A DNA stretch of 39,552 nucleotides from NCBI GenBank assembly GCA_963726745.1, contig CAVSDR010000001.1:1-39552 (forward strand). Direction: 5' to 3'. Positions 1 to 10,589 of the stretch are shown piece after piece (positions within the stretch are counted from its first letter, which is position 1; each line of letters begins with the position of its first letter). The stretch comes from an uncultured Verrucomicrobiae bacterium (GTDB lineage: Bacteria > Verrucomicrobiota > Verrucomicrobiia > Chthoniobacterales > UBA10450). The position numbers were made by a program, and so were the translations under genes. Below the pieces are notes generated by a model. That model made no database searches. It was not told the origin of the DNA and saw nothing but the letters and a program-made list of their open reading frames with translations.

Positions 1-426
1 TCGCAGAAAGCAGTGAAGCTCTCGGCGGCATCCGCGCGCCCTTGAAAACGGGCGAAAGCTTTCTCGAGCAAGGCGCGCTTTAGCTTCCGCACCTCCCGGT
101 AGCTCACCGGTCCCGTGCGCAATTTAGCCAGCGAGATGTGGCTAGAACCTCATCGTAATCTTCTTGCGTAAGGTCCTCTGGCGAGCCCGGGGCAAGATGT
201 AAGGTCAGCGGCTCGATCGCAGTCGCGCTGATCGCATTATAAGGGCTGTTGTCCCCGCCGGTTTCGTTGATCGGGAGCAACTGCACGAGCTTGAACCCAA
301 TACTCGCGGCCCAATCGACGAACTGCCGGAGCGCCGCGAGGTCGCCAATCCCGAGGTCGTCCTCTGTGCGCAAGGCGAAAAGCGGAGTGAGCACCCGGCT
401 ATTTTTTGGTCAGGGGTGAGGGTCAT
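1..426 (-). CDS. malQ: 4-alpha-glucanotransferase (amylomaltase, GH77), N-terminal part, runs off window edge; two apparent frameshifts (~395, ~138)
   Basis: Joined frames give MTLTPDQKIAG|VLTPLFALRTEDDLGIGDL...VQLLPINETGGDNSPYNAISATA...|ISLAKLRTGPVSYREVRKLKRALLEKAF, matching GH77 N-terminal motifs (GIGD, QLLP, SPY). Confidence 0.85.
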
Positions 427-430
427 TTGG

Positions 431-515
431 GTCCACAGATTACGCAGATTTCACGGATCGTTTTACCAACAGATTCACCACAGAGAACTGCACTCATCGG
501 CGGGATCTGTGGGAC
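431..515. repeat. Imperfect intergenic inverted repeat (REP-like) built from CAC(A/G)GAT units
   Basis: Left arm gtccacagattacgcagatttcacggat (431-458); right arm ends atctgtgggac (505-515), complementary to the left-arm start. A related arm lies at 2602-2630. Confidence 0.55.
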
Positions 516-518
516 AAC

Positions 519-2520
519 TCACCGCCGCGAGACCTGCCAGTCTTCGAGGAGCTCGGTTGGGATCTCTTTCAGGAAGCGCGAGGGGCGCTGGAACATCTCG
601 CCGTAGCCGGCGTTCAGGCGCATGTGCGGGTAGGTCAGATAAAGCTCGTCGCGGGCGCGCGTGACCGCGACGTAAAACAGCCGGCGCTCTTCCTCGATCG
701 CTTCGCGGGTGTCGAGCGAGCGGGTGCTCGGAAACATCCCATCGGTCAGCCAGATAACGAAGACGGTGTGATACTCCAGGCCTTTCGCCTGGTGTACCGA
801 GGAAAGATTCACCGCTTCCTTGTCCTCGTTAGGCTGCGGCGCGGCCTCGGCGTCGACGTTGCTGATCAAGGCGAGTTGCGCGAGGAACTCGTTCACGTCT
901 TTGAACTGGCGCGAGAAAGCTGCGAGCTGGTTCAGATCCTCGCGCCGGAGCTCGTAGTTGCTGAAGTTCGCCTTGGCGTAGTCGTCGTAGATCGCTTCCA
1001 CGATCGAGATGATCATTTCCGCGGGCGGATTCGGCACTCCGCCCGGAGCAATCTCGTCCAAAGTGTAGGCTAATTGCTCCCACGATTTCTTCGAGCGCGC
1101 GCCTACCGGCAACGCGCGCAGGCGTTCGCCCCAGTTCTTCAGGTCGCCGTCCGCATCGAGCGATTTTTCCCAGGCGCTCCAGAGCCCGTCGGCGCTTTTG
1201 TTCCCGATACCGGGGAGAAGTTTTACCATCCGTTTGAACGCCACTTCGTCGCGCGGGTTGGCCACGAAACGGATGAAGGCGGCCACGTCCTTGATGTGCG
1301 CCTGCTCGAAGAAACGCACCCCGCTGGTGATCTGGTAAGGGATGCCGCGGCGCGAGAGTTCGAGCTGCAGCTCGACCGCGTGATAATGCGCGCGATAAAG
1401 CACCGCGATCTCGTCCAGCTCGATCCCCTCGTCGCGTAACTCCAAGATGCGCTGCGCGACAAAGGCGGCCTGCTCGCCGCCATCGTTCAAAGCCACCACC
1501 GCGGGTTTCAGCTCATTCGTCGGCCGCGTGGAGCTGAGCTCTTTTTTGAACTGCTCGACGTTCGGCGCGATCGCTGCGTTCGCTACACTCAGAGATCTCC
1601 GGCACGCTCCGGTAGTTGAGCTCGATCTTGAAGACCTGCGCGTCCGGATAACGATCGGGAAAGGCGAGGATGTTTTTGAAGTTCGCCCCGCGCCAGGAGT
1701 AGATCGATTGCGCGTCGTCGCCTACGACCATGACGTTCCGATGCTCGGCCGCGAGCGTGTCGATCAGGTCGGCCTGGATCTTGTTCGTGTCCTGATACTC
1801 GTCCACGAGGATGAACTGGAACTTTCGCTGGTAGAAATCGGCCACCTCGCGGTGCTCCTTCAGCATCCGCAGGGTCTTCTCGAGGAGATCGTCGAAGTCC
1901 ATCGAGTTCGTCGCCTTTTTCTTCCGCTCGTAGCGCGCTTGCACGTCCTTGATCTGCTCGATCAAGGGCAGGAAATACGGGAACTTCTCCGCGAGGATTT
2001 CCTCCATCGTGCGCTCGGTGTTCACCGTGAAACTGAAGAGGTCGGCCAGCACATCGCCTTTCGGGAAACGGATTTCCTTGGGGTTAATTCCGGCCGCCGA
2101 GACGACGGTGTCGATCAGATCTTTCTGGTCTTCGCGATCGAGAATGGTGAAGCCGCTGGAGTAACCGAGCACGCTTCCATGGCGCCGCAGCATGCGGTTA
2201 CCGATCGAGTGGAAGGTTCCGCCCCAAAGTCCGCTCGCGTCCACCGGGAGCAGGTTGGCCACGCGGTCGAGCATCTGGCGCGCGGCTTTGTTGGTAAAAG
2301 TAAGCAGCAAGATGTTGCGCGGATCGACCCCGTTCTCGAGCAAGTAGGCCACGCGATAGGTCAGCGTGCGCGTCTTCCCGGAGCCCGCGCCCGCGATCAC
2401 CAGCAACGGCCCGGGCGGCGCCGTGACTGCGGCATGCTGCTGCGGATTCAGCTCTCCGGCATAGTCGATATGAATGCCCGTGGCCGAAGGAGCGCGTTGC
2501 AGGATGTACTCGCGAGGCAT
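519..2520 (-). CDS. uvrD: UvrD/PcrA/Rep-family SF1 ATP-dependent DNA helicase; one frameshift near 1592 joins ORFs 1513-2520 and 519-1499
   Basis: Motifs LNPQQ, AGAGSGKT, DEYQD, GDDAQSIYSWRGA, NYRS, then VLYR, SVHQAKGLEY, EERRLFYVAVTRA, PSRFL. Removing one base gives ...SVPEILSVANAAIAPN... Confidence 0.9.
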
Positions 2521-2601
2521 GGTAAAAAAATGGGATCAACGGTCCGCTGATCGGGCAGCGCTCGTGATCTTGATTACGTTCGGGGTCACCACAGGATTGA
2601 G

Positions 2602-2630
2602 CCACAGATTAATACGGATGAAACACGGAT
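2602..2630. repeat. Second copy (single arm) of the CCACAGAT...CACGGAT intergenic element
   Basis: ccacagattaatacggatgaaacacggat resembles ccacagattacgcagatttcacggat at 433-458. Confidence 0.45.
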
Positions 2631-2654
2631 TCGCAGGCGCTCAGCCGCCGACGA

Positions 2655-2966
2655 TCACGCTGACCCACGGGCTCCATTGACCGACGCGGTTGTCGCGAAC
2701 GCAGTAGCTTTGCTTGGTAGGTCCACTTTGCGGGGACGGCTCCGGTGGTTCTCGGTGCCCATTTTTGCGAGTAGGTTTTTGCCGTGCGTCTTCACGGTTT
2801 CGACGCCGAGAGTGAGAATGTCGGCTATTTCTGCGTCGGTTTTCCCGGAAGCGGGGTTCCTCGAAAGAGGGAGATTTGATTGGCCGATGGGCCCGGGAGT
2901 TATCCGTTCTTTACATCGACGACACGGGATGGGCTTGCATCTAGAGCGCGTAAGTAGTCGGATCAA
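2655..2966 (-). pseudogene. Isolated or degenerate LuxR-type HTH fragment
   Basis: ASGKTDAEIADILTLGVETVKTHGKNLLAKMG matches the LuxR C-terminal HTH consensus (G.sn.eIA..L.is..TVk.H...i..Kl). Flanking residues do not look like a real protein and there is no sensor domain. Confidence 0.55.
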
Positions 2967-3006
2967 TCATTGAGTTCGCGCGGTCGGCGCGGGCCTCCTT
3001 CTTGTT

Positions 3007-6000
3007 ATGATTTCACTCGGCCTTGGTCGCGCTGTCTCGTCACGGATTGTTAGCCTTAGCTTCTGGCTTGCGGCGGCGGCTCCGCTTATGCCCGGTATTT
3101 TGTTCGGCCAGACGGACAAGGCTTACGTCGGTCCCTTCAATGGGAACTGGAATAATGCCGCAAACTGGAGCCCGGTTGGTGTCCCCGCTTCCGTCGACAA
3201 TGTCATCCTCGGCACCAATTCGACCACGTTTCAAAGCGGTCCCGCGGTCGTCGATTTCGATTATTCCTATGCTGGACAGACGTTGTCCAACCTGACACTG
3301 GACGCGACGGGGGTGAACAGTTCCATCACCTTGCGCCAGTCGTCCGCTGATTCAGCGATGGTCGCGCTGCAAGTGTACGTCGGCAACACCGTCGGCGGTA
3401 ATTTCTATACACAAAGTGCGGGGAGCTTTAACGCGCAGCTGTTTTTGGTCCTAGGGAATGAAGCGGGATCTTCAGGCGCTTACACGCTGACTGGCGGCAC
3501 CTTCGCTGCCAGCAACCTATACGTGAGTTTCAGTGGCAATGGAACTTTCACGCAGAGCGGTGGCACCATTACGATCCCAAGCTCAGTTGGTACCGGCAAC
3601 CTGTACGTAGGGTTCATTGGCAATGGAACTTTTACCCAGAGCGGCGGCACCAACACGATCTCAAATACTTTGTATCTGGCCGCCCAATCGGGGGCCGCAC
3701 ATGGAACTTATACGCTGAGCGGCACCGGCGTTCTTCGCGCCACTTCTGAACACGTGGGCGAGCAGGGGACCGGTATCTTCACGCAATCCGGCGGCACGCA
3801 CACGGTCTCGTCGATGTTTGAGGTTGGACAGGATAATGGCAGCGGAACCTTCAACCTCGATGGGGGCACTTTGGAGGTGCCGGCAATCTCCATCGGCGTC
3901 AGCGCGAAGGTCTCGCGCTTTAACTTCAACGGCGGCACTGTGCGCGCGCGAGCGAGTAACGCGAATTTCTACGACGTCGCCCCGCAAAATGTCGCGACTG
4001 CCGCAACCGTAAAAACCGGCGGCGCGATCTTCGACACGAATGGCTTCGACATCGGCGTGGCGCAGCCGTTGCTCCACGACACGGATTTGGGAAGCGCGGC
4101 CGATGGCGGGCTGGTGAAAAGAGGTCTTGGAACTCTGACCTTGAAAGGTGCGAACACCTACACCGGTCCGACCCACGTGGTGAATGGCACGGTGGCCGCT
4201 GGCATTGCGACGAATGCCTTTGGCAGCAAGTCGGCCGTGACGCTTGATAACACGGTGGGCGTCACCTTGGACCTCACTGGCTTCAATAACTCGATCGGCT
4301 CCCTCACTGGCGGCGGCGGCAATGGCGGCGGAGTAAGTCTCGGCGCGGCGACGCTGACCATCGGTGGCGATAACACCAGCCCCGCTGCTTATGCAGGCCT
4401 GATTAGTGGGACCGGCGGCGTGACCAAGACCGGCACTGGCACCCTTACACTCACAGGGTCGAATGCCTACAGCGGTAACACCGTAGTGACCACCGGCACC
4501 CTGCTGGTGGATAACCCACGTGGCTCAGCAACGGGAACAGGCGCGGTGTTTGTCCAGGGCTCGCAATTGCAAGGTGCGCCGCGGCCGACACTGACGGGCG
4601 GCGCAGGTGCGAGTAATGGCGGGAGTCTTACCATCTTCAAAACCTACGGCAGTGGTCGAGGGACCATCGCCGGGACTGTATCCCCCGTGCTGCACGGGAT
4701 GATCGCGCCCGGTAACAACGAAATAGGAACCCTCACGGTTGGCGGCCTCAACCTGGTCGGCACTTCGGATCTCAACTATGACATGTCCGCGACGGCGAAT
4801 GACGCCATTTTTGTCACCGGCACGAACGCTCTCACGATCAACGGCGGCACCATCTACCTCTACCAGGCAGGCACGACGAACAGCTTCGCCACGCCTGGGC
4901 TCTATTTCGTCCTGGCCTACAACGGCGCGCTGCAAGGTTCGGCCAGTAATCTCGTTGTGGGGAATCCCGTCGCAGGGTTTACCTACACGTTCGCGGATAA
5001 CGGGGCCGGCTCCGTAGTGCTAACCATCGCCCCGACTCCGACTCCGACTCCGACTCCGACTCCGACTCCGACTCCGACTCCGACTCCGACTCCGACTCCG
5101 ACTCCGACTCCGACGCCAACTCCGACGCCAACGCCAACGCCAACGCCAACGCCAACGCCAACGCCAACGCCAACGCCAACGCCAACGCCAACGCCAACGC
5201 CAACGCCAACGCCAACGCCAACGCCAACGCCAACGCCAACGCCAACGCCAACGCCAACCCCGACACCAACCCCGACACCAACCCCAACGACACCAACCCC
5301 GACACCAACCCCGACACCAACCCCGACACCAACCCCGACACCAACCCCGACACCAACCCCGACACCAACCCCGACACCAACCCCGACACCAACCCCGACA
5401 CCAACCCCGACACCAACCCCGACACCAACCCCGACACCAACCCCGACACCAACCCCGACACCAACCCCGACACCAACTCCGACTCCAACTCCCGTCCCGT
5501 CGCCGGTTCAGGTTGCTAATATGTCCACTCGCGGACGGGTCAGCTCAGGAGAGCAGGTCCTCATCGGAGGTTTCATCATCACTGGCAGCTCTCCGAAGGA
5601 AATCGTCCTGCGCGCTCTTGGGCCAAGCCTGCAGACAAAAGGCATCAGCGATCCGTTGCCTGACCCGGTCCTCGAATTACACGGAGGCGACGGCGCTCTT
5701 TTGCTGACGAATAATAACTGGGGCGACACTCAGGGAACTGAGATCACCGCCACCGGTCTCGCCCCGGCTGATCCGCGCGAAGCCGCAATCCTGTTCGAAG
5801 CGTCGCCCGGGACTTACACCGCGGTCGTGACAAGCCACACCGGCGAGAGCGGCGTGGGACTCATCGAAGCCTACGATCTTAATCCGACCTCGAAGTCGAA
5901 GCTCGCGAACATCAGCACCCGGGGCCTGGTGCAGACTGGCACGGATGTCCTCATCGGAGGCCTGATGTTAAATGGAACTGGCGGCACGGCGTCGGTCGTG

Positions 6001-6327
6001 GTGCGAGGCATCGGTCCATCCCTTGCCGCTGCCGGAGTAAAGAACCCGCTGGCCGACCCAACGCTCAAAGTCCACGACGGGAATGGTGCGCTCATCTTCG
6101 CGAACGACAATTGGCTGGATGACCCGGTGCAGGCTGCCCGGATCGCAGCTGCCGGCCTCTCGCCGACGAATAGGATGGAGTCAGCGATCATTGGAGATCT
6201 TCCGGCCGGGAACTACACCGTGGTCTTGAGCGGCCAGGCAGGAGCCACTGGGATCGGATTGGTTGAGATCTACACGCCGGTGGGACCGGCGGCTTCGTCT
6301 CGCGCGGACGTGACGGGAGCTAAGTAA
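3007..6327 (+). CDS. Large secreted adhesin-like protein: signal peptide, Gly/Thr-rich beta-helix with autotransporter-associated (PATR) repeats, long PT linker, two tandem C-terminal 'NxSTRG' domains
   Basis: Hydrophobic N-terminus; repeated [13 protein letters not shown]-like [24 protein letters not shown] and [23 protein letters not shown]; (PT)n; C-terminal repeats [17 protein letters not shown] and [17 protein letters not shown]. Confidence 0.85.
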   Translation: MISLGLGRAVSSRIVSLSFWLAAAAPLMPGILFGQTDKAYVGPFNGNWNNAANWSPVGVPASVDNVILGTNSTTFQSGPAVVDFDYSYAGQTLSNLTLDATGVNSSITLRQSSADSAMVALQVYVGNTVGGNFYTQSAGSFNAQLFLVLGNEAGSSGAYTLTGGTFAASNLYVSFSGNGTFTQSGGTITIPSSVGTGNLYVGFIGNGTFTQSGGTNTISNTLYLAAQSGAAHGTYTLSGTGVLRATSEHVGEQGTGIFTQSGGTHTVSSMFEVGQDNGSGTFNLDGGTLEVPAISIGVSAKVSRFNFNGGTVRARASNANFYDVAPQNVATAATVKTGGAIFDTNGFDIGVAQPLLHDTDLGSAADGGLVKRGLGTLTLKGANTYTGPTHVVNGTVAAGIATNAFGSKSAVTLDNTVGVTLDLTGFNNSIGSLTGGGGNGGGVSLGAATLTIGGDNTSPAAYAGLISGTGGVTKTGTGTLTLTGSNAYSGNTVVTTGTLLVDNPRGSATGTGAVFVQGSQLQGAPRPTLTGGAGASNGGSLTIFKTYGSGRGTIAGTVSPVLHGMIAPGNNEIGTLTVGGLNLVGTSDLNYDMSATANDAIFVTGTNALTINGGTIYLYQAGTTNSFATPGLYFVLAYNGALQGSASNLVVGNPVAGFTYTFADNGAGSVVLTIAPTPTPTPTPTPTPTPTPTPTPTPTPTPTPTPTPTPTPTPTPTPTPTPTPTPTPTPTPTPTPTPTPTPTPTPTPTPTPTPTPTPTPTTPTPTPTPTPTPTPTPTPTPTPTPTPTPTPTPTPTPTPTPTPTPTPTPTPTPTPTPTPTPTPTPTPTPVPSPVQVANMSTRGRVSSGEQVLIGGFIITGSSPKEIVLRALGPSLQTKGISDPLPDPVLELHGGDGALLLTNNNWGDTQGTEITATGLAPADPREAAILFEASPGTYTAVVTSHTGESGVGLIEAYDLNPTSKSKLANISTRGLVQTGTDVLIGGLMLNGTGGTASVVVRGIGPSLAAAGVKNPLADPTLKVHDGNGALIFANDNWLDDPVQAARIAAAGLSPTNRMESAIIGDLPAGNYTVVLSGQAGATGIGLVEIYTPVGPAASSRADVTGAK
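5032..5493 (+). repeat. Coding tandem repeat encoding (Pro-Thr)n in three blocks: CCGACT, CCAACG, then 12-bp CCAACCCCGACA
   Basis: Directly visible; one irregular unit near 5285 gives 'PTT'. Confidence 0.95.
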
Positions 6328-6382
6328 CGCTCATCGCGGTGCTGAGCGACCATCGCCTGAGATAAGGCCGGTGCGAGCCATG

Positions 6383-7099
6383 TTAATCAGCTCTCTTCCC
6401 GCGTCCCTGGCTACTGAGTTCCTCGAGCAACTCGATCTGGATCTGCTGAATTTCGAAGAGTCGCTGGTATTGCCGGCGCAAGAGGTGATCCACCTTCTCG
6501 TGCAAGTGGCGAATCTCGAGCTCGGCCTTCAGGTTCACCTTGTAGTCGTTTTCCGCCTGGAGGCGATCGCGCGCCTGCGCCCGGTTTTGGCTCATCATGA
6601 TCACCGGCGCCTGCAGCGCCGCGAGGCAGGAGAGAATTAAGTTCAGGAGAATGAACGGGTAGGGATCGAAACCTTTCTCCGCCAAAGCCACCGCATTGAG
6701 CACAATCCAACCAACGAGGATGGCGCCAAAGAGCAGGATAAATCGCCAGCTGCCGCCAAATTCCGCGATCCGGTCGGAAAGGCGCTCGCCGAAAGTAAGC
6801 TTGCGTTCGAACCGGTGCTCGATGTTCTCCGAGAGCAGCTCGTGCTGCTGCAAACTCTCGACCACTTCCTGGTCGAGCGTGGAGAGCTCGCCCAGCTCGT
6901 CCTGCAGGGTGCGCTTGACGTATTCCTTCCGGAAGCGGCCCAGGTCCTCGAGGCAAATCGGTTGCCCGCTGTCCCATCCCGGATGCTCCGCGGCGATGAA
7001 CTCCGCCAGCGAAGGCCGCAAGCTTTCGCCGATCGCGACTTCGTCCGGGGCTTTGGCGCGGCCGCAGATTTGGCAGACGACACTTTCAGGGCCAGCCAT
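6383..7099 (-). CDS. DUF1003 family membrane protein with N-terminal CxxC
   Basis: TFGERLSDRIAEFGGSWRFI...FDPYPFILLNLILSCLAALQAPVIMMSQNR is the DUF1003 signature. Start placed at MAGPESVVCQICG. Confidence 0.85.
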   Translation of the reverse strand: MAGPESVVCQICGRAKAPDEVAIGESLRPSLAEFIAAEHPGWDSGQPICLEDLGRFRKEYVKRTLQDELGELSTLDQEVVESLQQHELLSENIEHRFERKLTFGERLSDRIAEFGGSWRFILLFGAILVGWIVLNAVALAEKGFDPYPFILLNLILSCLAALQAPVIMMSQNRAQARDRLQAENDYKVNLKAELEIRHLHEKVDHLLRRQYQRLFEIQQIQIELLEELSSQGRGKRAD

Positions 7100-7180
7100 G
7101 GTCGCGCCAGAATATCGTTCGCCGGCTTCCTGTCGATTCCTTGGTTGAACCAACGGGCGCGCTTTCTACCGTCACGCGCC

Positions 7181-7708
7181 ATGGAAGAAATCGAAGTGCC
7201 CCTGGAGCATTGCCACGAGCAAACGCATCACGCTGCCGAGCATGGCGGTGCGCCATGGATTTCGTGGGTCGCATTGAGCACCGCGATTCTGGCGGTGCTC
7301 GCGGCTATCACTGGTTTGCTTTCCGGCACGCGCGCGAATGAAGCCGTCATGAGTCAAATCGAGGCGGCCAATCGTTGGTCCTACTACCAGGCCAAGGGAA
7401 TCAAGGCCGCGGTCCTCGACGCCAAGATGACCCTCGGCGCTGCGCCCACAGAGCAGGATCGCGAAAAGGCGCACCGCTACCAGGAAGAGCAGGCCGAGAT
7501 TCAAAAAGAAGCGCGCGAGAAAGAGACGGAAGCGAAGCATAACTTCCACCAACACGAAGTCTTCGCGCGCGGCGTGACCATGTTCCAGGTCGCGATCGCC
7601 GTTTCCGCAATCGCCGCGTTGACCAAGCGCCGGCGCTACTGGTTTCTCGGGCTCGCGCTCGGCGCCGCCGGCGGCGTCTTTCTCGTGCTCGGATTTCTCA
7701 CGCACTAG
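7181..7708 (+). CDS. DUF4337 family membrane protein
   Basis: WISWVALSTAILAVLAAI...AANRWSYYQAKGIK...FQVAIAVSAIAALTKRR; ATG at 7181. Confidence 0.75.
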   Translation: MEEIEVPLEHCHEQTHHAAEHGGAPWISWVALSTAILAVLAAITGLLSGTRANEAVMSQIEAANRWSYYQAKGIKAAVLDAKMTLGAAPTEQDREKAHRYQEEQAEIQKEAREKETEAKHNFHQHEVFARGVTMFQVAIAVSAIAALTKRRRYWFLGLALGAAGGVFLVLGFLTH

Positions 7709-7741
7709 CGGGCGGCCGCGCGCGCTCCTAGTTTAAGGGCG

Positions 7742-8245
7742 ATGCGTGTCCTCGCGATCGATGCCTCCCTGCGTTGCTCCGGTGTGGCCGTGGTCGATGC
7801 CGGCGCGGGGAAGCCGCGCGCGCTTTATTTCGGCGTGATCCAAAACCATTCAAAGCTCCGGCCTTCCGCCTGCCTGGTGGCCATCCGCGAGCAGCTCTCC
7901 GATTTGATCCAGCTGCACCAGCCGGATTGCTGCGCGCTCGAGTCGGTCATCTACGTGCAGAGCCACAAAACAGCCATCGCTCTCGGCGCGGCGCGCGGTG
8001 CGGCCATCCTCGCGGCCGCAGAGCGCGGGCTGCCGATTTTCGAATACGCGCCCACGCGGATCAAGCAGGCCACGGTCGGCCGCGGCAGCGCGGACAAAGG
8101 CCAGGTCGCGTTCATGATCCGCGCGCTGCTCGGGTTAACCGAAACGCCGCAGAGCGACGCGGCCGACGCGCTCGCCATCGGCCTGACGCACCTGCGCGCG
8201 CAGGAAGCCGCGAAGCTCGGCGTGCCTACGGGAGCGCAGATTTGA
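7742..8245 (+). CDS. ruvC: Holliday junction resolvase RuvC
   Basis: MRVLAIDAS...ALE...GAARGAA...EYAPTRIKQATVGRGSADKGQV...DAADALAIGL. Confidence 0.93.
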   Translation: MRVLAIDASLRCSGVAVVDAGAGKPRALYFGVIQNHSKLRPSACLVAIREQLSDLIQLHQPDCCALESVIYVQSHKTAIALGAARGAAILAAAERGLPIFEYAPTRIKQATVGRGSADKGQVAFMIRALLGLTETPQSDAADALAIGLTHLRAQEAAKLGVPTGAQI

Positions 8246-8883
8246 AAGCGCGCTGGCTTGGTCGCATCGGCTACGGCGAAGCGCTCGCGCTCCAGGAGGA
8301 GATCGTCGCGCGGCGTAAGGCCGACCCCTCGTTAGGCGACGAGCTCTTGCTCCTCGAGCACGAGCCGGTCTACACCATCGGCCGCACGCCCGACCGCTCC
8401 AGCCTGCGCGACGCGGAACACTTGCCGCATCCGCTTTTCCCGATCAACCGCGGCGGCCAGGCGACCTACCACGGACCGGGCCAGCTTGTCGGCTATCCGA
8501 TCATTAACCTGCGGCCCTACGGCCAGGATTTGCATCGCTACCTCCGTTGGATCGAGGAAACGCTCATTGTCCTCCTGGCGGAGTACGAGGTCGGCGCACA
8601 AACGCGGGCCGGTCTCACCGGTGTCTGGGTGGCGGAACGTAAGATTGCCTCCATCGGCGTCGGCGTGCGCCAGTGGATTACGATGCACGGCTTCGCGCTT
8701 AACGTCGGCGGCGACCTCTCGCCCTTCGACCAGATCGTCCCCTGCGGAATCGCAAACGTGGCCATGACTTCGATCGAAAAAGAGTCCGGCGCGGCCCCGA
8801 CGGTCGAACATGTGGCAAGGAGCGCCGCGCGGCTGTTCGCCGACCGGCTGCCGCTCCTGCAACCAGCATCCATCGCTTTATGA
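8242..8883 (+). CDS. lipB: Lipoyl(octanoyl) transferase LipB
   Basis: LLEHEPVYTIGR, RGGQATYHGPGQLVGYPI, KIASIGV, TMHGFALNV, IVPCGI. TTG start overlaps the ruvC stop. Confidence 0.93.
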   Translation: MKARWLGRIGYGEALALQEEIVARRKADPSLGDELLLLEHEPVYTIGRTPDRSSLRDAEHLPHPLFPINRGGQATYHGPGQLVGYPIINLRPYGQDLHRYLRWIEETLIVLLAEYEVGAQTRAGLTGVWVAERKIASIGVGVRQWITMHGFALNVGGDLSPFDQIVPCGIANVAMTSIEKESGAAPTVEHVARSAARLFADRLPLLQPASIAL

Positions 8884-9704
8884 TTCCACTGGAAGACAAC
8901 GCTTTCGACATCCTTGGCAAGGCTCAGCGCGGCCTCGGCCTTTCCGACAGCCAGCTGGCCGAGAAGTCCGGCCAAACAGTTGAGCAAGTGCGCCAACTCC
9001 GCGAAGGCCGCCTCAACGAGGCAACGGTGCGCGCGGTTGCGCCGATCCTTGGACTGCACACCGACTCCCTCTTGAAACTTGCGCGCGGCGAGTGGCAACC
9101 GGAAGCGGTCACGCCGCCCGAGGGCCTGGCGATGTTCAACACCACCTATGGCGACATGACGGTGAATGCTTACCTCATTTGGGATCCGCAGGCGCGCGCC
9201 GCGATTGCCTTCGATACCGGTGCGACCTGCGCGGAAATGCTCCAGCGGATCGAGCAGGAGAAGTTGTCGGTTAAATTCATCCTGCTCACGCATGCGCACG
9301 CCGACCACATCGAGGATCTCGCGAAGCTTCAGGAAAAAACCGGCGCCCCCACGTATCTCTCGAGCAAGGAATCCGCCCGCAACGCCCAGCCGATCGAGGA
9401 AGGAATGCATTTCGAGTGCGGCGCTTTGCAGGTCGAGGCCCGCCTGACCTGCGGCCATTCCGCCGGTGGCATGACTTTCTTCATCAAGGGGCTCGCCCAA
9501 CCGATCGCGGTGGTGGGCGACTCGATGTTTGCCGCTTCCATGGGCGGCGGCTCCGTCTCCTACGCGGACGCCATTCGGAACAACCTCGAGAAAATCCTGA
9601 CTCTGCCTAACGAGACCATCATTTGCCCGGGCCACGGCCCGCTCACGACCGTAGCCAAAGAGAGAGCGGAGAACCCGTTCTTCGCCGGGAGGATTGCCCC
9701 GTGA
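8880..9704 (+). CDS. MBL-fold metallo-hydrolase (glyoxalase II-like) with N-terminal XRE-like HTH
   Basis: THAHADH (HxHxDH), GHSAG, VGDSMFA, PGHGP. N-terminus GKAQRGLGLSDSQLAEKSG is HTH-like. Confidence 0.85.
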   Translation: MIPLEDNAFDILGKAQRGLGLSDSQLAEKSGQTVEQVRQLREGRLNEATVRAVAPILGLHTDSLLKLARGEWQPEAVTPPEGLAMFNTTYGDMTVNAYLIWDPQARAAIAFDTGATCAEMLQRIEQEKLSVKFILLTHAHADHIEDLAKLQEKTGAPTYLSSKESARNAQPIEEGMHFECGALQVEARLTCGHSAGGMTFFIKGLAQPIAVVGDSMFAASMGGGSVSYADAIRNNLEKILTLPNETIICPGHGPLTTVAKERAENPFFAGRIAP

Positions 9705-10585
9705 ACATTGGCTTTGTCGGCGTCGGCCGGATGGGCGCAAACATGGCGCGTCGCCTGAAGGATCGCGGCTATCACGTGACCACGCTTTACGACGCGCATC
9801 GCCCAAGCGCGACCGCGCTCGCCCAGGAAATCGGCGCAACCGCGGCGCCGACGTTGGGCGACGTGACCGCGGGCGCGGATGTGATTTTCACCGTGGTCAC
9901 GGACGACGCGGCGATGCGCGGGATCTTTTCCGGCGAGGACAACTTGCTGGCTAATTCCCGCGGGAAGATTTTCGTAAACTGCGCCACGGTCTCGCCGCAG
10001 GTGCATGAGGAGGTGGAAGCGCTGGCGGAGAAAGCTGGCGCGCGCAGCCTCGAAGCCTGCATGGCCTCGAGCATCACCCAGGCTCGCGAAGGTTCGCTTT
10101 ACCTGATGTGCGGCGGGAAGCAGGAGGTCTTCGCGCAGGTCGAGCCGCTCCTGAAAGATCTGAGCAGCTCGCTCCGTTTCGTCGGCCGGGCCGGCGAAGC
10201 CGCAAAGGTGAAAGCGCTGGTTAACATGGTGATGAACATCAACACCGCCGGCCTCGCGGAAGGCCTGGGTCTGGGCGACGCCCTTGGGCTCGACCTGACG
10301 ATGCTGCGCGAAGTTTTTGGGCAAACCGGCGCCGCTTCCCGCGTTCTCCAGACCGACGGCGAAGACATGCAAAACCGCGACCACGCTTGCTTCTTCTCCG
10401 CGGCACATGCGGCCAAGGATAGTGGCATCGCGCTCGCGCTGGGCGACGAAGCCGGGCTCGACCTCCCGCTGGCGCGCGCGACCAAAGCGCAGTTTGAGCG
10501 CATGATCGCGGCCGGATTCGGCGAGCTGGATAAATCGGGCATCGCCGAGCTGACTTTCCGGGGACGCGGCCAAACGAAAGGCTGA
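9701..10585 (+). CDS. NAD(P)-dependent oxidoreductase, 3-hydroxyisobutyrate / 6-phosphogluconate dehydrogenase family
   Basis: IGFVGVGRMGANMARRL Rossmann motif, KALVNMVM, AAKDSGIA. GTG at 9701 overlaps the upstream stop. Confidence 0.88.
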   Translation: MNIGFVGVGRMGANMARRLKDRGYHVTTLYDAHRPSATALAQEIGATAAPTLGDVTAGADVIFTVVTDDAAMRGIFSGEDNLLANSRGKIFVNCATVSPQVHEEVEALAEKAGARSLEACMASSITQAREGSLYLMCGGKQEVFAQVEPLLKDLSSSLRFVGRAGEAAKVKALVNMVMNINTAGLAEGLGLGDALGLDLTMLREVFGQTGAASRVLQTDGEDMQNRDHACFFSAAHAAKDSGIALALGDEAGLDLPLARATKAQFERMIAAGFGELDKSGIAELTFRGRGQTKG

Positions 10586-10589
10586 CGCA

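Noticed and set aside
4979..5488. Minus-strand ORF of (LVSG)n/(LA)n/(ES)n
   Set aside because: Antisense shadow of the PT-coding repeat.
5032..5493. Possible CRISPR array
   Set aside because: Contiguous 6/12-bp units with no unique spacers, in frame within a CDS; no cas genes.
6328..6348. Hairpin cgctca...tgagcg after the adhesin gene as a terminator
   Set aside because: Short 6-bp stem with no U-tract; too weak to call.
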